Origin: an uncultured Planctomycetaceae bacterium
GTDB taxonomy: Bacteria; Planctomycetota; Planctomycetia; Planctomycetales; Planctomycetaceae
Length of the DNA: 64,000 bases
Assembly (NCBI GenBank): GCA_963815195.1
Contig: CAWFGE010000023.1
Span: 192,001 to 256,000 of the forward strand
Direction of reading: 5' to 3'
How positions within the stretch are numbered: position 1 is the stretch's first letter; every line of letters begins with the position of its first letter. The position numbers were made by a program, and so were the translations under genes. The notes beneath the pieces were generated by a model. The model was not told the origin of the DNA and made no database searches. It saw only the letters and a list, made by a program, of their open reading frames with translations. Shown in pieces: positions 1 to 10,134 of this stretch.

Positions 1-600
1 CGGGGAATTGTCCTTCCCAATGGTGGCCGCACGCGGGACACTGCTTCGATTGAAGATTCTCAACCGAAAGATCATGCTGACATTTGGGGCAACGCGACAT
101 CGATATTTCTCGCCCAGTTAGAAAACCAAAACGCTAGGAATGAGCAGAACAGTGCACCCTCCGGCGGGTGCGGGATTCGGCAAAAACCAGAATTCATCCT
201 ACCCTGGCAAAACCCAACCTCTCAACAGGGAAAGCTGCGGGACAAGAGGAATTCTCCAAAACCGGACTATGCGATTTCGCCCTCGGATCGGCGGGCCGCA
301 ATCGACCGGCATCACGGGATATTGCGGAAAACCTTATGAGAAAAGCGCATATTCCCCCCTTGGAAAACATCGGCCGCTTCCCCACGTTCAGCTTGGCAGG
401 TTTTACCGCAAACTGCCAGCAAGAAATCCCCAAAGTTCCCGAATTCCTACAACCCCGCAATCCCGCACCGGCCAACTCGCGAAACCGCGCAGGCGAAATC
501 ATTCGCCAAGAACCGCATATTGCGTATTCGGGCCACAACGTGATCGATCAAGAAAAACCGGAACCAGGCTCTCCAAAAACCACCAACCGAATCCCAAATC

Positions 601-1638
601 ATGAAAATCACCAATGTACGAGCCCTTCAGCCGATCGCCGAGAACTCCCCGGCCGATTGGCGGACGAGCATGGGACAAATCCTGGTCGCGGTCGAAACCG
701 ATTGCGGGCTGACCGGCTTCGGCGTGGGCGGCGGCGGGCTGGCCGGGTTGCACGTCGTTCGCACGGTGCTTCGGGATCTGCTTTTGGGCCGGTCTCCCGA
801 ACCGGTGGAATCGCTGTGGGACGAAATGTTCGCCGCGACGTTGCCGTTCGGACAAAAGGGCCTGGCGATCATGGCCTTGAGCGGCGTCGACCTGGCTCTG
901 TGGGATCTCCGCGGCAAAGCCGAGAAAAAACCGGTCGCCGAGCTGTTGGGCGGCCGCGTGGGAGAACCGATTCCCACCTACATTACCGTGTGGGAAAACA
1001 TCGCCCCAGACCTGGCGGATGCCCATGCAGCTTTCAAGCTGCACATCCCTCCGGTCGATCCCGCCCGGAGAATCGAGGACGCCATTCAAAGAGTCGAGGA
1101 GGCGAGAGCCGTCATCGGCCCCGAAAAATCCCTGATGATCGACTGCTGGATGAAATGGGATCCGCCCAGCACTTTGCATGCGGCAAAGGCCTTAGAAGAA
1201 TTCGGCCTTCGCTGGATTGAAGAACCGCTGCCGGTCAACGATCTGGCCGGTTATGCGGAGTTGGCGGCGGCGTCACCGATTCCCATCGCCGGGGGCGAGC
1301 ATGAGTTTACCGCCGACGGCTTTCGCCCTTGGATCGAAAACCGCTGGCATCAAGTGCTTCAACCCGACATCTGCTGGTGCGGCGGGATGACGGAGATGGT
1401 GAAGATCTACCAAATGGCCGATGCAGCCGGTTTGGAAGTCTGTCCGCACCGCGGGGCCGAACTTTGGGGCCTGCACGCCATCGCGGGCCTGTCCAAAAAT
1501 CCACTCGCCGAGTCCGGCCGCCCCTGGATGACCTGGATCGGCGGCCAACCACCCATCGAAAACGCCTGCATCACGCCAACCGACGCCCCCGGTTTCGGCG
1601 TCACGATCGACGAAGCCCGACTGCCCCATTCGGTGTGA
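601..1638 (+). CDS. Mandelate racemase/muconate lactonizing enzyme family (sugar-acid dehydratase-like)
   Basis: Motifs ALSGVDLALWDLRGK, KxH, MID, WIEEP, GGEHE and QPD..WCGG typical of the enolase superfamily. Confidence 0.9.
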   Translation: MKITNVRALQPIAENSPADWRTSMGQILVAVETDCGLTGFGVGGGGLAGLHVVRTVLRDLLLGRSPEPVESLWDEMFAATLPFGQKGLAIMALSGVDLALWDLRGKAEKKPVAELLGGRVGEPIPTYITVWENIAPDLADAHAAFKLHIPPVDPARRIEDAIQRVEEARAVIGPEKSLMIDCWMKWDPPSTLHAAKALEEFGLRWIEEPLPVNDLAGYAELAAASPIPIAGGEHEFTADGFRPWIENRWHQVLQPDICWCGGMTEMVKIYQMADAAGLEVCPHRGAELWGLHAIAGLSKNPLAESGRPWMTWIGGQPPIENACITPTDAPGFGVTIDEARLPHSV

Positions 1639-1817
1639 ATTCGCGAGACGACGAACTTCGGCGGTTGAGTCGACAAATTTGCAGATTCGCGCTCTGTCTG
1701 CACAAGACGGGCTTTTCACGTCTTTGACATTCGATTACCCTTCGCCGCTTCATAAAAAATCGCCTTGGAGTCCGTCCAAGGCGAACACGTTGGTCCAAAG
1801 GCAATTTGGTCCCGCCG

Positions 1818-2198
1818 TTAATCATCCACATCGACATACCACAATCCGTGGCGGAATTTGTATTTGACTTCCAGACCGTTTCGGGGATAGATCGGCGCAT
1901 AACCAATCGGAGCCACGGCGGGATAAGCCGTGTAATACCCGCCATAAGCCACCGGAGCGGGGGCCGCGTAACCGCCATACGGGTAGCCGCCGTAATAAAC
2001 GGGAGCCGAATAGGTCGTATAAATCGGTGTGGAATAAACCGCAGGGGGCGCATAGTAGGTTGTGACGGGAGAATAGACGCCCACGCCGTATCCGCCATAC
2101 ACCATGACCTGGGCGTTCGCGGGCTTCTGGGCAAACGAAACCGCAGCGGAACACGCCGCCGCCAACAACAGCAGGGCAAAACTTCGACGACACCTCAT
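1818..2198 (-). CDS. Small secreted Tyr/Gly/Pro-rich hypothetical protein
   Basis: Signal peptide followed by low-complexity YYAP/GGY repeats. Confidence 0.7.
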   Translation of the reverse strand: MRCRRSFALLLLAAACSAAVSFAQKPANAQVMVYGGYGVGVYSPVTTYYAPPAVYSTPIYTTYSAPVYYGGYPYGGYAAPAPVAYGGYYTAYPAVAPIGYAPIYPRNGLEVKYKFRHGLWYVDVDD

Positions 2199-2736
2199 CT
2201 TACGTTCCTTCCAGTACGAGTGACTGTTTCGAGATATTAACCTGGGGGCTTTAGGTTAGACAGGAAGATTCTATCAACCCCGCGGCGGAAATCCACCTGC
2301 GAGGCGGGGTTTTGTGAGAATCTGCATCACCAACAGGGAGTCTTTGGGGCCGGGATCAACTTAACACCTTAACTCGAAATGGTTTATTCACTGCGGAGAA
2401 GGCCCAAGCTCCTGATTTCATTCCAAGTTCTTCGTAGGGCTCTCACTCCATCCTTCAAAAACCACCCCTTATCAATCCTGAATATGTCTTGGCGGCGGTC
2501 TGTGCATTTCCCGGCCGGTGCTTGCCCAGTCTGCCGGACCCGCACGACCGATTCTGCCTCATGGCAAAGTCTGCGTAGATGGATTGCGTGTCACAACCCA
2601 TGAAGCCGTTAGGATATTCCAGCCGATAACTTCAAGCGTTTGGGACCGGGCCGCCCGCGCCCGTGGATGGCTTCGCCCGGCGACGTATCGTCGGACGACG
2701 CCCCTACTCGACCTTATGAATTTCGACTCGGAGCCT

Positions 2737-4215
2737 ATGATTTCACCGCATACACTTCGCCGTCGTCCCGCGCTTGCCCCGATTGCTTTGCCTTCGGGTC
2801 GGGAAATCTCGTCCATTCATCTTGTGGGGATTTGCGGGTCTGGGATGAAAGCGCTGGCGGAACTGGCGGTCGGCTTGGGCTGGAAGGTGAGCGGCTCCGA
2901 TTCCGAGCCGTCTTCGCCCGCCCTCAAAGCCATGGCCCGCCGGGGCTTGCGGATCCATCAAGGCCACAACGACCGCTTCTTGCCGCCGGACGCGGACGTG
3001 CTCGTCTACAGCCCAGCCGTCGCGGCGAGCAATCCCGAACGCCAAATGGCCGCCCGGCTGGGCATTCCGCAAATGTCCTACAGCCAGATGCTCGGGCATT
3101 TGATGCGGCAGAAGACCGGCCTCTCGATCGCCGGCACCCACGGCAAAAGCACCACGACCGCCATGACCGCCACGATTCTCCAGCACGCGGGCCTCGAACC
3201 CTCCGCGATCATCGGGGCCGAGTTGTGCGAAAGCTCGGACTCGCCCGGCGAGGAAAACCACGCCACCAGCGGTTGGGCCGGCGAGGGGAATTACTTCATC
3301 GTCGAAAGCTGCGAATACCAGCGGAGCTTCCTGGCGTTTCATCCCCGGTTCGCGGCGATCACGGGCATCGAACCCGATCATTTCGATTATTACCACAGCT
3401 TCGCCGACACCAAATCCGCCTTTGCCGATTTCGCCGGTCAGGTCGAACCCGCGGGCGTGCTGGTGATCAAAGGCGAATGCGCCGCATCGCGGGAGGTCGC
3501 CTCGGCCGCGGAATGCGACGTGGCCACCTACTCCCGAAAACCCGGAGCCGACTGGTGGGCCGCGGACATCAAACGGACCGAAACCGGCCTCCGGTTTCGG
3601 GTGTTTTATCACGGCTGGTTCTTCTGCGAGGTTTCGCTCAAAGTGCCCGGCCTCCATAACGTCGAAAACGCCCTGGTCGCGATCGCCCTCAGCCATTATG
3701 CCGGCGTCGATCCCGCCGACATCCGCGACAGCCTCTCCCAGTTCCCCGGCATTCGCAGGCGGTTTGAACGCCTGGGTTCCTGGCGGGGCATCGCCTTAAT
3801 CGACGACTACGCCCATCATCCCACCGCCGTCGAAACCACGCTTCGCACGGCCCGCGAATGCTACCAAAACCGCAACATCTGGTGCGTGTTCCAGCCGCAC
3901 CAACTCACCCGACTCAAGGCTTTGATGCCCGAATTCGGCACGGCCTTCACCGACGCCGACCGCGTGATCGTCGCCCCCGTCTTCGCCGCCCGGGAAACCG
4001 CCGATGGCGAATCCGTCGCTGCCGCGGAAGAACTCGCCCGCCTGATTCGCGAATCCGGAACGCCCGCCGAGTTCAAGGCTTCTCTTGACCAAATCACGGC
4101 AACATTAGACGATAACGCCCGGCCAGGAGACGTGCTTCTCACCCTCGGAGCGGGCGACATCAACCGGATTCATCATGAGTTCCATCGACGACTTCAGCGA
4201 CATTCTGGAATATAA
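2737..4215 (+). CDS. murC: UDP-N-acetylmuramate--L-alanine ligase
   Basis: [29 protein letters not shown] and FQPH motifs; GGAG RBS before the ATG at 2737. Confidence 0.95.
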   Translation: MISPHTLRRRPALAPIALPSGREISSIHLVGICGSGMKALAELAVGLGWKVSGSDSEPSSPALKAMARRGLRIHQGHNDRFLPPDADVLVYSPAVAASNPERQMAARLGIPQMSYSQMLGHLMRQKTGLSIAGTHGKSTTTAMTATILQHAGLEPSAIIGAELCESSDSPGEENHATSGWAGEGNYFIVESCEYQRSFLAFHPRFAAITGIEPDHFDYYHSFADTKSAFADFAGQVEPAGVLVIKGECAASREVASAAECDVATYSRKPGADWWAADIKRTETGLRFRVFYHGWFFCEVSLKVPGLHNVENALVAIALSHYAGVDPADIRDSLSQFPGIRRRFERLGSWRGIALIDDYAHHPTAVETTLRTARECYQNRNIWCVFQPHQLTRLKALMPEFGTAFTDADRVIVAPVFAARETADGESVAAAEELARLIRESGTPAEFKASLDQITATLDDNARPGDVLLTLGAGDINRIHHEFHRRLQRHSGI

Positions 4216-5053
4216 CAAACCGCTGGCCCCTTTGACGTGGCTCAAAGTCGGCGGGCCGGCCCAGTATTTCCTCGAACCGACCAGCGTCAACGAACTTGTC
4301 GCCGTCATCCGCTGCTGCCACGAAAACAGCATTCCGGTCCGCATGCTCGGCGGCGGCTCGAATCTTTTGATCCGCGACGACGGCGTCAGCGGCGCCGTGC
4401 TGCACCTCGCCCACGAGGCGTTTTCCGAAATCACGCTCGAAGGCTGCGAAGTCCGCGCCGGAGCCGGGGCGCTCTTGTCCAACGTGATTTCCCAATCGGT
4501 CAAAGCCGGCCTCGCGGGGCTGGAACACCTCGCAGGCATCCCCGGCACCATCGGCGGCGCGCTCCGCGGAAACGCCGGCGGCCGCAGCGGCGACATCGGC
4601 CAGTTCGTCAAGAGCGTCCGCGTCGTCACTCTGAGCGGCGAGATTTTCACCCGCACCGACGATGAGCTGTCCTTCGGCTACCGCGCGAGCAGCATCAACG
4701 AGCTGGCCATCATCGACGCCGTCTTCGGGCTCGCCGAGGATGACCCGGACGAAATCACCCGCCGGATGCGGACGCTGTGGATCATGAAAAAAGCCACGCA
4801 GCCCCTGGGCTTCCAGTCGGCCGGCTGCATCTTCAAAAACCCGCGCGGCCTAAGTGCCGGGGCCTTGATCGAACAAGCCGGCCTCAAAGGCACAAAGATC
4901 GGCCACGCCTCGATCAGCGACCGCCACGCGAACTTCATCATCACCGAAGACGCCGCCGCCTTCGAAGACGTCCACCGCTTAATCAACCTCGCCAAATCCC
5001 GCGTCACGGAACAATTCGGCGTGGAGTTGGAACTGGAACTGCAGATCTGGTAA
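4175..5053 (+). CDS. murB: UDP-N-acetylenolpyruvoylglucosamine reductase
   Basis: [30 protein letters not shown] and HANF motifs. Confidence 0.96.
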   Translation: MSSIDDFSDILEYNKPLAPLTWLKVGGPAQYFLEPTSVNELVAVIRCCHENSIPVRMLGGGSNLLIRDDGVSGAVLHLAHEAFSEITLEGCEVRAGAGALLSNVISQSVKAGLAGLEHLAGIPGTIGGALRGNAGGRSGDIGQFVKSVRVVTLSGEIFTRTDDELSFGYRASSINELAIIDAVFGLAEDDPDEITRRMRTLWIMKKATQPLGFQSAGCIFKNPRGLSAGALIEQAGLKGTKIGHASISDRHANFIITEDAAAFEDVHRLINLAKSRVTEQFGVELELELQIW

Positions 5054-5058
5054 CAGGT

Positions 5059-6128
5059 GTAGCGTCTCCACTTCGCAGCGCAACACCTCGGTCAGAGTTT
5101 GGAAGGCTTCTTCAATCGTCCAGCGCTTGCGATACAGAAAAGCCACTTTTGCGCATTGGCGACTTTGACAGGCAAGTTGGTCAGGATGTGAATCTCAGTG
5201 TCACCATTCTCTGTGGGCGTATCCAATTGGATGGTGATCCGCCGGACTCGCAACGTCTCTTCACCCTGGGACAGCTCGGCCGACTGCTCGAAAACAAGAC
5301 CCGTTTCGATGCGTCCGATGCGTTTCCGGCGACCGACGAGTTTCCAGGTGAGTGTCGAAGCGTGTTGGCGAATGACAAAGTAGGCCGACTGCTTGACAAT
5401 TCCAAACAGAAACTTGGTCGTGCAGAAGTTCCGGTCGGCGATTGTCACCGTCTCGGCCCGGATCCATTCCAGAAGCTCCGGCAGAAGCGAACGTTCCTGA
5501 GCATGCGCCGTCTTCACACGGGAGCAGTTCCGAAATCAGATCCCACTGCGCATCCAGAAGCGCCAAGGTCTGGCCGGGCAAAGGGCCTTCCCGCGTGACG
5601 CGCAATTCCGCCAGCCGATGCTCAGTCGCCGCCAAATGATTCCCGTCCAAATACTGCACGTGATAGCCCGGCAAAAGTTCGCGGCATGCTCCCGGCATGG
5701 CATCGATGACTTGAGCCGCGTCCTGGCTCGTTTCCCGGATCATCGTCGCCGAAAGGCCGGGTTCCAGACGGTTCAACTTGCCATAAAGTGCGGCCGGCGA
5801 AACCGCCAGTCGATCCTTGGCGGCCAAGTACCCGGCATGGACCGACGTGTGCGTCCGCGTCGCCACGCCCATCATCAGGGCCACCAATTGCGAAAACAGC
5901 AATTCTTTCTCGTATTGTCTCTGCGAAGCGTCGGCGAAAATCTCATCCAGGCGATCCGACGACACAAGATTCTCGAGCGTCGCTCGAACCATCACTGCCG
6001 CTGGACATTCTTCCACAAAACGATCAAGCACAGCGTCGGGCCACATCCTTGCCGCCTCCATAAGGTTTGATACAACAATCCCTGTAGAAGCGACTTATAG
6101 CAAAAAACTAACATGTTGAAAGGGGTGG
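5059..6128 (-). mobile_element. Truncated IS4-family element (frameshifted transposase starting at 6046, 3' end deleted)
   Basis: LDGNHL and IADRNF DDE motifs plus the YRKRWTIEEAF (YREK) signature across three frames. Putative terminal IR CCACCCCTTTCAAC (minus strand, ending at 6128). Coding breaks off after LRCEVETL just past the murB stop. Confidence 0.85.
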
Positions 6129-6188
6129 GTGGGCACCGCCCACCAGCATCAGAAATCACAAGCATCTGGTGGGCGATGCCCACCCTAC
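6127..6188. repeat. REP-like palindromic pair (GTAGGGTGGGCATCGCCCACC type); left copy abuts the IS4 end
   Basis: ggtgggcaccgcccaccag ... ctggtgggcgatgcccaccctac inverted repeat. Confidence 0.75.
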
Positions 6189-6273
6189 TTGCTCTTGGGC
6201 TTCGCCCCCAGGTTGGCAAGCAACCTGGGCCACCGCGCGTTGAAATCCGATTTTTGATAAGAGGTTTCCTTAA

Positions 6274-6843
6274 ATGAATCGATCATTTTTATCATTGTTT
6301 TTCCTGACCTGTTTATTCATTGTTTCTCCATTAATATGCCCAATTGCTAACAGTGCTGATCCTGGGTTTTCCAGTGGAGCTTTCGAGAAACTTAAGGAGT
6401 TCGACTTTCGCATAAATGATCTTCGGATTCGTGACGGACGAATCTTCGCAGATTGTCGCTTGATATACCTAAAACGGACGCCCAATGCCCCACGTTTCGT
6501 TTTGATCGACGCAGATAGGCTGCCTTGGTCTGATACCACTCGTCATGCATTTGAGATAACGGGTATACCTAAAAAATTGGCAGCATGTAGAATCGGTTAC
6601 TCATGCGGTGATTATGTTCGTTTATGTGTCCGCTCGATAAGGCTAGAGGCAGGAAAGCCGATTCGCGGTGAAATGGACGTGACGCGGTATTTTCGTAGGG
6701 ACGTTCCGACGACAAGCTTTGATGAACTCAAAGGTGAGGTCAAAAATCTGCGTGTCGTGGGACTCGTAGTATTTAGTAATGGGACGAAATGGTCAAGCGG
6801 TTTGGCATTTTCTCACGTGCGCGACTGTCGTAGAATTGACTGA
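6274..6843 (+). CDS. Low-GC secreted hypothetical protein
   Basis: 189-aa ORF with a signal peptide; visibly AT-richer than the flanks; bracketed by REP halves. Confidence 0.7.
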   Translation: MNRSFLSLFFLTCLFIVSPLICPIANSADPGFSSGAFEKLKEFDFRINDLRIRDGRIFADCRLIYLKRTPNAPRFVLIDADRLPWSDTTRHAFEITGIPKKLAACRIGYSCGDYVRLCVRSIRLEAGKPIRGEMDVTRYFRRDVPTTSFDELKGEVKNLRVVGLVVFSNGTKWSSGLAFSHVRDCRRID

Positions 6844-6880
6844 TTCTGCTCAGCGAAGTCGTGCGGGCCGGAAATTCCGC

Positions 6881-7126
6881 GGGGTGGCCCAGGTTGCTTG
6901 CAACCTGGGTCGCGCAGCGACAAGAGGTTATTATGGTCGAGGAAGAGGTGTCACAGATTACCCGTTGAGAACAAACCTCTTGGGCTTCGCCCCCAGGTTG
7001 GCAAGCAACCTGGGTCGCGCAGCGACAAGAGGTTATCATGGTCGAGTAAGAGGTGTCACAGATTACCCGTTGAGAACAAACCTCTTGGGCTTCGCCCCCA
7101 GGTTGGCAAGCAACCTGGGCCACCCC
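6881..7126. repeat. REPIN-like element containing two tandem 105-bp units; a related half copy lies at 6192-6234
   Basis: caacctggg recurs at 6901, 7006 and 7111; the units differ at 2 positions; ends ggggtggcccaggttgc / gcaacctgggccacccc are inverted. Confidence 0.9.
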
Positions 7127-7175
7127 GCGATCAACGTTTTGGGAATAGGTGCATCCTCCGCCTTATTCCAGCGAA

Positions 7176-7244
7176 GTAGGGTCCGCTGTGCGGACCGTTC
7201 CTTCCGATAGGGATCGTCAAAAACGGTCCGCACAGCGGACCTAC
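7176..7244. repeat. REP-like palindromic pair (GTAGGGTCCGCTGTGCGGACC type)
   Basis: gtagggtccgctgtgcggaccgtt ... aacggtccgcacagcggacctac; a related half copy near 7379. Confidence 0.8.
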
Positions 7245-7495
7245 ATCAACTGATTTTTCTTGGAATCCGTAACAATGGTTCGAATTCCATTCCTCATCGT
7301 TGTTTCGCTGTTGCAATGTCAGCCTTTCCTCTTGGCCGATGATCCGCCGACGAAGCACGAGATTTTCTCCATTAGTGAGTAGGGTCGGCTGTGCCGGCCG
7401 TTTGTGGTCTGAAAGTTGATACTACGATTTCACGCGCCAATTGGCCGGCCCGCCTCGCTTAACAAGCAGCCGGAAACGAAGGGGGCGAAGGTGGG

Positions 7496-7810
7496 ATGAT
7501 GGAGGAGGTCAAGTCGGTTTGTGCTCAATGTAACGCGCCCGCGGAATCGCGTTGTCAAAAGTGCGGGGCCCCGGTCTGCGCCGCCCATTTACAAGCCGTT
7601 TACGAAATGGCCCTGCGAGATGTCCTGTCGTCTTTTTGGGGCGGCTTTTTCGCGTCCGCGCACGAAAAGTTTCGAGTTTGCCGTCTATGTCACAAGACGA
7701 TGAGGCGGCGAAACATAAAAGCCATGTTGGCGATCCCAGGCGCAGCTTTGGCGATGTTGCTCATTGTCATCGTCTTGGCGACAGTGGCCCATTACCTTTG
7801 GGCACCGTAA
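7496..7810 (+). CDS. Small Cys-rich (zinc finger-like) membrane protein
   Basis: CxxC-x7-CxxC-x4-CxxH, a later CxxC and a C-terminal TM helix. Confidence 0.65.
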   Translation: MMEEVKSVCAQCNAPAESRCQKCGAPVCAAHLQAVYEMALRDVLSSFWGGFFASAHEKFRVCRLCHKTMRRRNIKAMLAIPGAALAMLLIVIVLATVAHYLWAP

Positions 7811-7894
7811 CCGCAGTGCGTTTGTTTCAGATTGCTTGCAACCCGCGTTCCGAAGTCACACGAATCAAAGACAGATCCCAAGGAGGGGAACACC

Positions 7895-8145
7895 ATGCAG
7901 ACTTCCAACAAACCTCGCATCGTCATCGTAGCCGGCGGAACTTCGGCGGAGCGGGAGGTGAGTTTGGCCGGGGGGCGGGCGGTGGCTTTGGGCCTGGAAG
8001 CTCGGGGCCTGGAAACGGTTTGGCTGGACCCGGCGGAGGGTTCGATCGAAACTTTTGACTGGCGGGGCGGGGATGTGGCGTTTCTCGTGTTGCACGGCGA
8101 GTTCGGCGAAGATGGGCAGGTCCAATCGCTGTTGGACGAGCGGGG
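7895..8145 (+). pseudogene. ddl: Truncated 5' copy of D-Ala-D-Ala ligase
   Basis: Own AAGGAGG RBS and ATG; 7955-8145 matches 11966-12156 with 1 mismatch, then similarity stops abruptly. Confidence 0.92.
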
Positions 8146-8469
8146 CTCCTATTCCCGTTGTTGCCATCCGATGAAACCAACGACTCGCAACAGCCTAGTG
8201 CGGCAGTCTCTTCCCCGCAGGAGCCTGCCGTACATGATTCTCACGGATGACAATTCCAGTTTTGGCCTCCATACCGCCCCATAGCCTTCACAAGACATGG
8301 GAATCTGGATAAACTCGTCCCTAATTCGATTTGGCAGGAACGGATTCTACAGCCATCGCGCTTTGTTTTTTTTCAAATGTGCCAGGCCGTTTCCTGCGAG
8401 GCTCGCATGGTTTTTTCTGGTGGGCCTGCATTTTAACGCGCAACAATTCATTATCCATTGATGAATCAC

Positions 8470-8970
8470 ATGAGTGATCCGACGACAAAACCTGATGCAA
8501 CGGAAAACCGGCGGTCTTTTTTGGAACGGCTTTCCACGTTCTTCATGGCCGGCGGTTTGCTGGCGGGGTATGGAACGTTTGCGGCCTATTTGCTGCGGTT
8601 TTTGTTTCCCGGCGACAATCATCAGACCGGGTGGCAATATGTGGCCAGTTTGTCGAACGTGCCGGTGGGGAGTTCGATGACCTATACCTCGCCCGCCGGC
8701 CAGCGGGTCGTGATCTCGCGATTGGGGAGCGAGGGGAACGTCAACGACTTGATCGCCTTATCGAGCGTGTGCCCGCATTTGGGTTGCCAGGTGCACTGGG
8801 AGGTGCAAAATAACCGGTTCTTCTGTCCTTGTCACAACGGGGCTTTCGATCCGCAAGGCAACCCCCTTTCCGGTCCCGTGAAAGAGGCCAACCAGTCTTT
8901 GGCCCGCTATCCCCTGAAGATTGAGAAAAACCTGTTGTACATCGATGTGAATCTGAAACCTCTCGTCTGA
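8470..8970 (+). CDS. Rieske [2Fe-2S] subunit of a Rieske/cytochrome b complex
   Basis: Tat motif RRSFL, TM helix, CPHLGC and CPCH boxes. Confidence 0.93.
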   Translation: MSDPTTKPDATENRRSFLERLSTFFMAGGLLAGYGTFAAYLLRFLFPGDNHQTGWQYVASLSNVPVGSSMTYTSPAGQRVVISRLGSEGNVNDLIALSSVCPHLGCQVHWEVQNNRFFCPCHNGAFDPQGNPLSGPVKEANQSLARYPLKIEKNLLYIDVNLKPLV

Positions 8971-9017
8971 CGCGCGGCAGATTATTCACCGGAAAAGAAT
9001 CCTCCCCAGCAATCAGG

Positions 9018-10076
9018 ATGGCCGTGATGCCCGGAATCTCCAAATGGGTTAAAGAACGCGTTCCCGTCTCCGGCGTGCAACTGGCCGAGCTGACGAACGA
9101 ACCCGTGCCCAACCATCTTAGGCGGTGGTGGTTCTGTTTGGGCGGCACGCCGGCCTATTTGTTTGTCGTGCAGATCGTCACCGGGATCTTCCTTGCGTTT
9201 TATTATCAACCCGCCCCCGCGACCGCCTATCAATCGGTCGAACGGATTACCGAACAGATCCAATACGGCTGGTACGTGCGCGGCGTGCACAAATGGGGGG
9301 CGACGCTGATGATCGCCGCCGTGATTTTGCACCAGATGCGCGTGTATTTCACGGCGGCCTATCGCAAGCCGCGCGAAATCAATTGGATGATCGGCATGGG
9401 CCTGCTCTTGTGCACTTTGCTCATTGGGTTTACGGGCTACAGCCTCGTGTTCGAGCAGTTGAGCTATTGGGGGGCGACCGTCGCGGCCAATATTTCCGAT
9501 CAAATTCCCGTCGTGGGCGGCTGGGCCAAACAAATGCTCCTGGCAGGGGCGGCCTACAACGAAAACACCGTGTCCCGATTTTACATTCTGCACGCGGCGG
9601 TGCTGCCCGCCCTGTTGATTTTGATGCTCATCGTGCACATCGCGCTGATCCGCTTGCAGGGGGTGTCTGAACTTCAGTTTGAGGATGAACCGGAAGAAGG
9701 GCCTCGCACGTTCAATTTTTTCCCGGACCATCTCTACACGGAGTTGATCGTGGGATTGATTCTGATGGTGGTTCTCAGCGTGCTCGCCACGGTGTTTCCT
9801 CCCGAAATGGGACCCAAAGCCGACCCATTGACCACGCCGGAGGTCATCAAACCGGAATGGTTTTTCTATGCGACCTTCCGCTGGTTGAAATTGTTCTCCG
9901 GAATGACGGCGGTCCTCAGCATGGGCTTTATCGTCTTTGTCATGTTGATTTGGCCGTTTATCGACGCCTGGCTCTGCCGAGTCACCGGGCGGGACGATGC
10001 CAATGTTTGGGTCGGCATCGTCGGCGTATTTTTATTGGTGGGACTGACGATTTGGGAAGCCGCCGTGGCCCATTGA
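9018..10076 (+). CDS. Cytochrome b (b6-like domain fused to subunit IV-like domain)
   Basis: FCLGG, VHKWGA..ILHQMR, SYWGATV, FYILH..IVH and PEWF motifs. Confidence 0.94.
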   Translation: MAVMPGISKWVKERVPVSGVQLAELTNEPVPNHLRRWWFCLGGTPAYLFVVQIVTGIFLAFYYQPAPATAYQSVERITEQIQYGWYVRGVHKWGATLMIAAVILHQMRVYFTAAYRKPREINWMIGMGLLLCTLLIGFTGYSLVFEQLSYWGATVAANISDQIPVVGGWAKQMLLAGAAYNENTVSRFYILHAAVLPALLILMLIVHIALIRLQGVSELQFEDEPEEGPRTFNFFPDHLYTELIVGLILMVVLSVLATVFPPEMGPKADPLTTPEVIKPEWFFYATFRWLKLFSGMTAVLSMGFIVFVMLIWPFIDAWLCRVTGRDDANVWVGIVGVFLLVGLTIWEAAVAH

Positions 10077-10134
10077 ATCGGGGATTCTCAAGACATTTGC
10101 AACATCTTTCGCTTTAAAACGGATTCGACTTCAC

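Noticed and set aside
140..1220. ORFs 140-604 and 168-1220, and other long antisense or overlapping ORFs (e.g. 18286-19731, 39259-40611, 42453-43916)
   Set aside because: Shadow ORFs typical of high-GC DNA, overlapping well-supported genes and lacking recognisable motifs.
6881..7126. Repeat-spacer pattern as CRISPR or integron attC sites
   Set aside because: The intervening sequences are near-identical duplicates; no convincing attC core sites and no intI gene.
8363..8376. Fnr/Crp-like box TTG-N8-CAA upstream of the Rieske gene
   Set aside because: Two mismatches to the consensus, and it is mostly a poly-T run; too weak to support.
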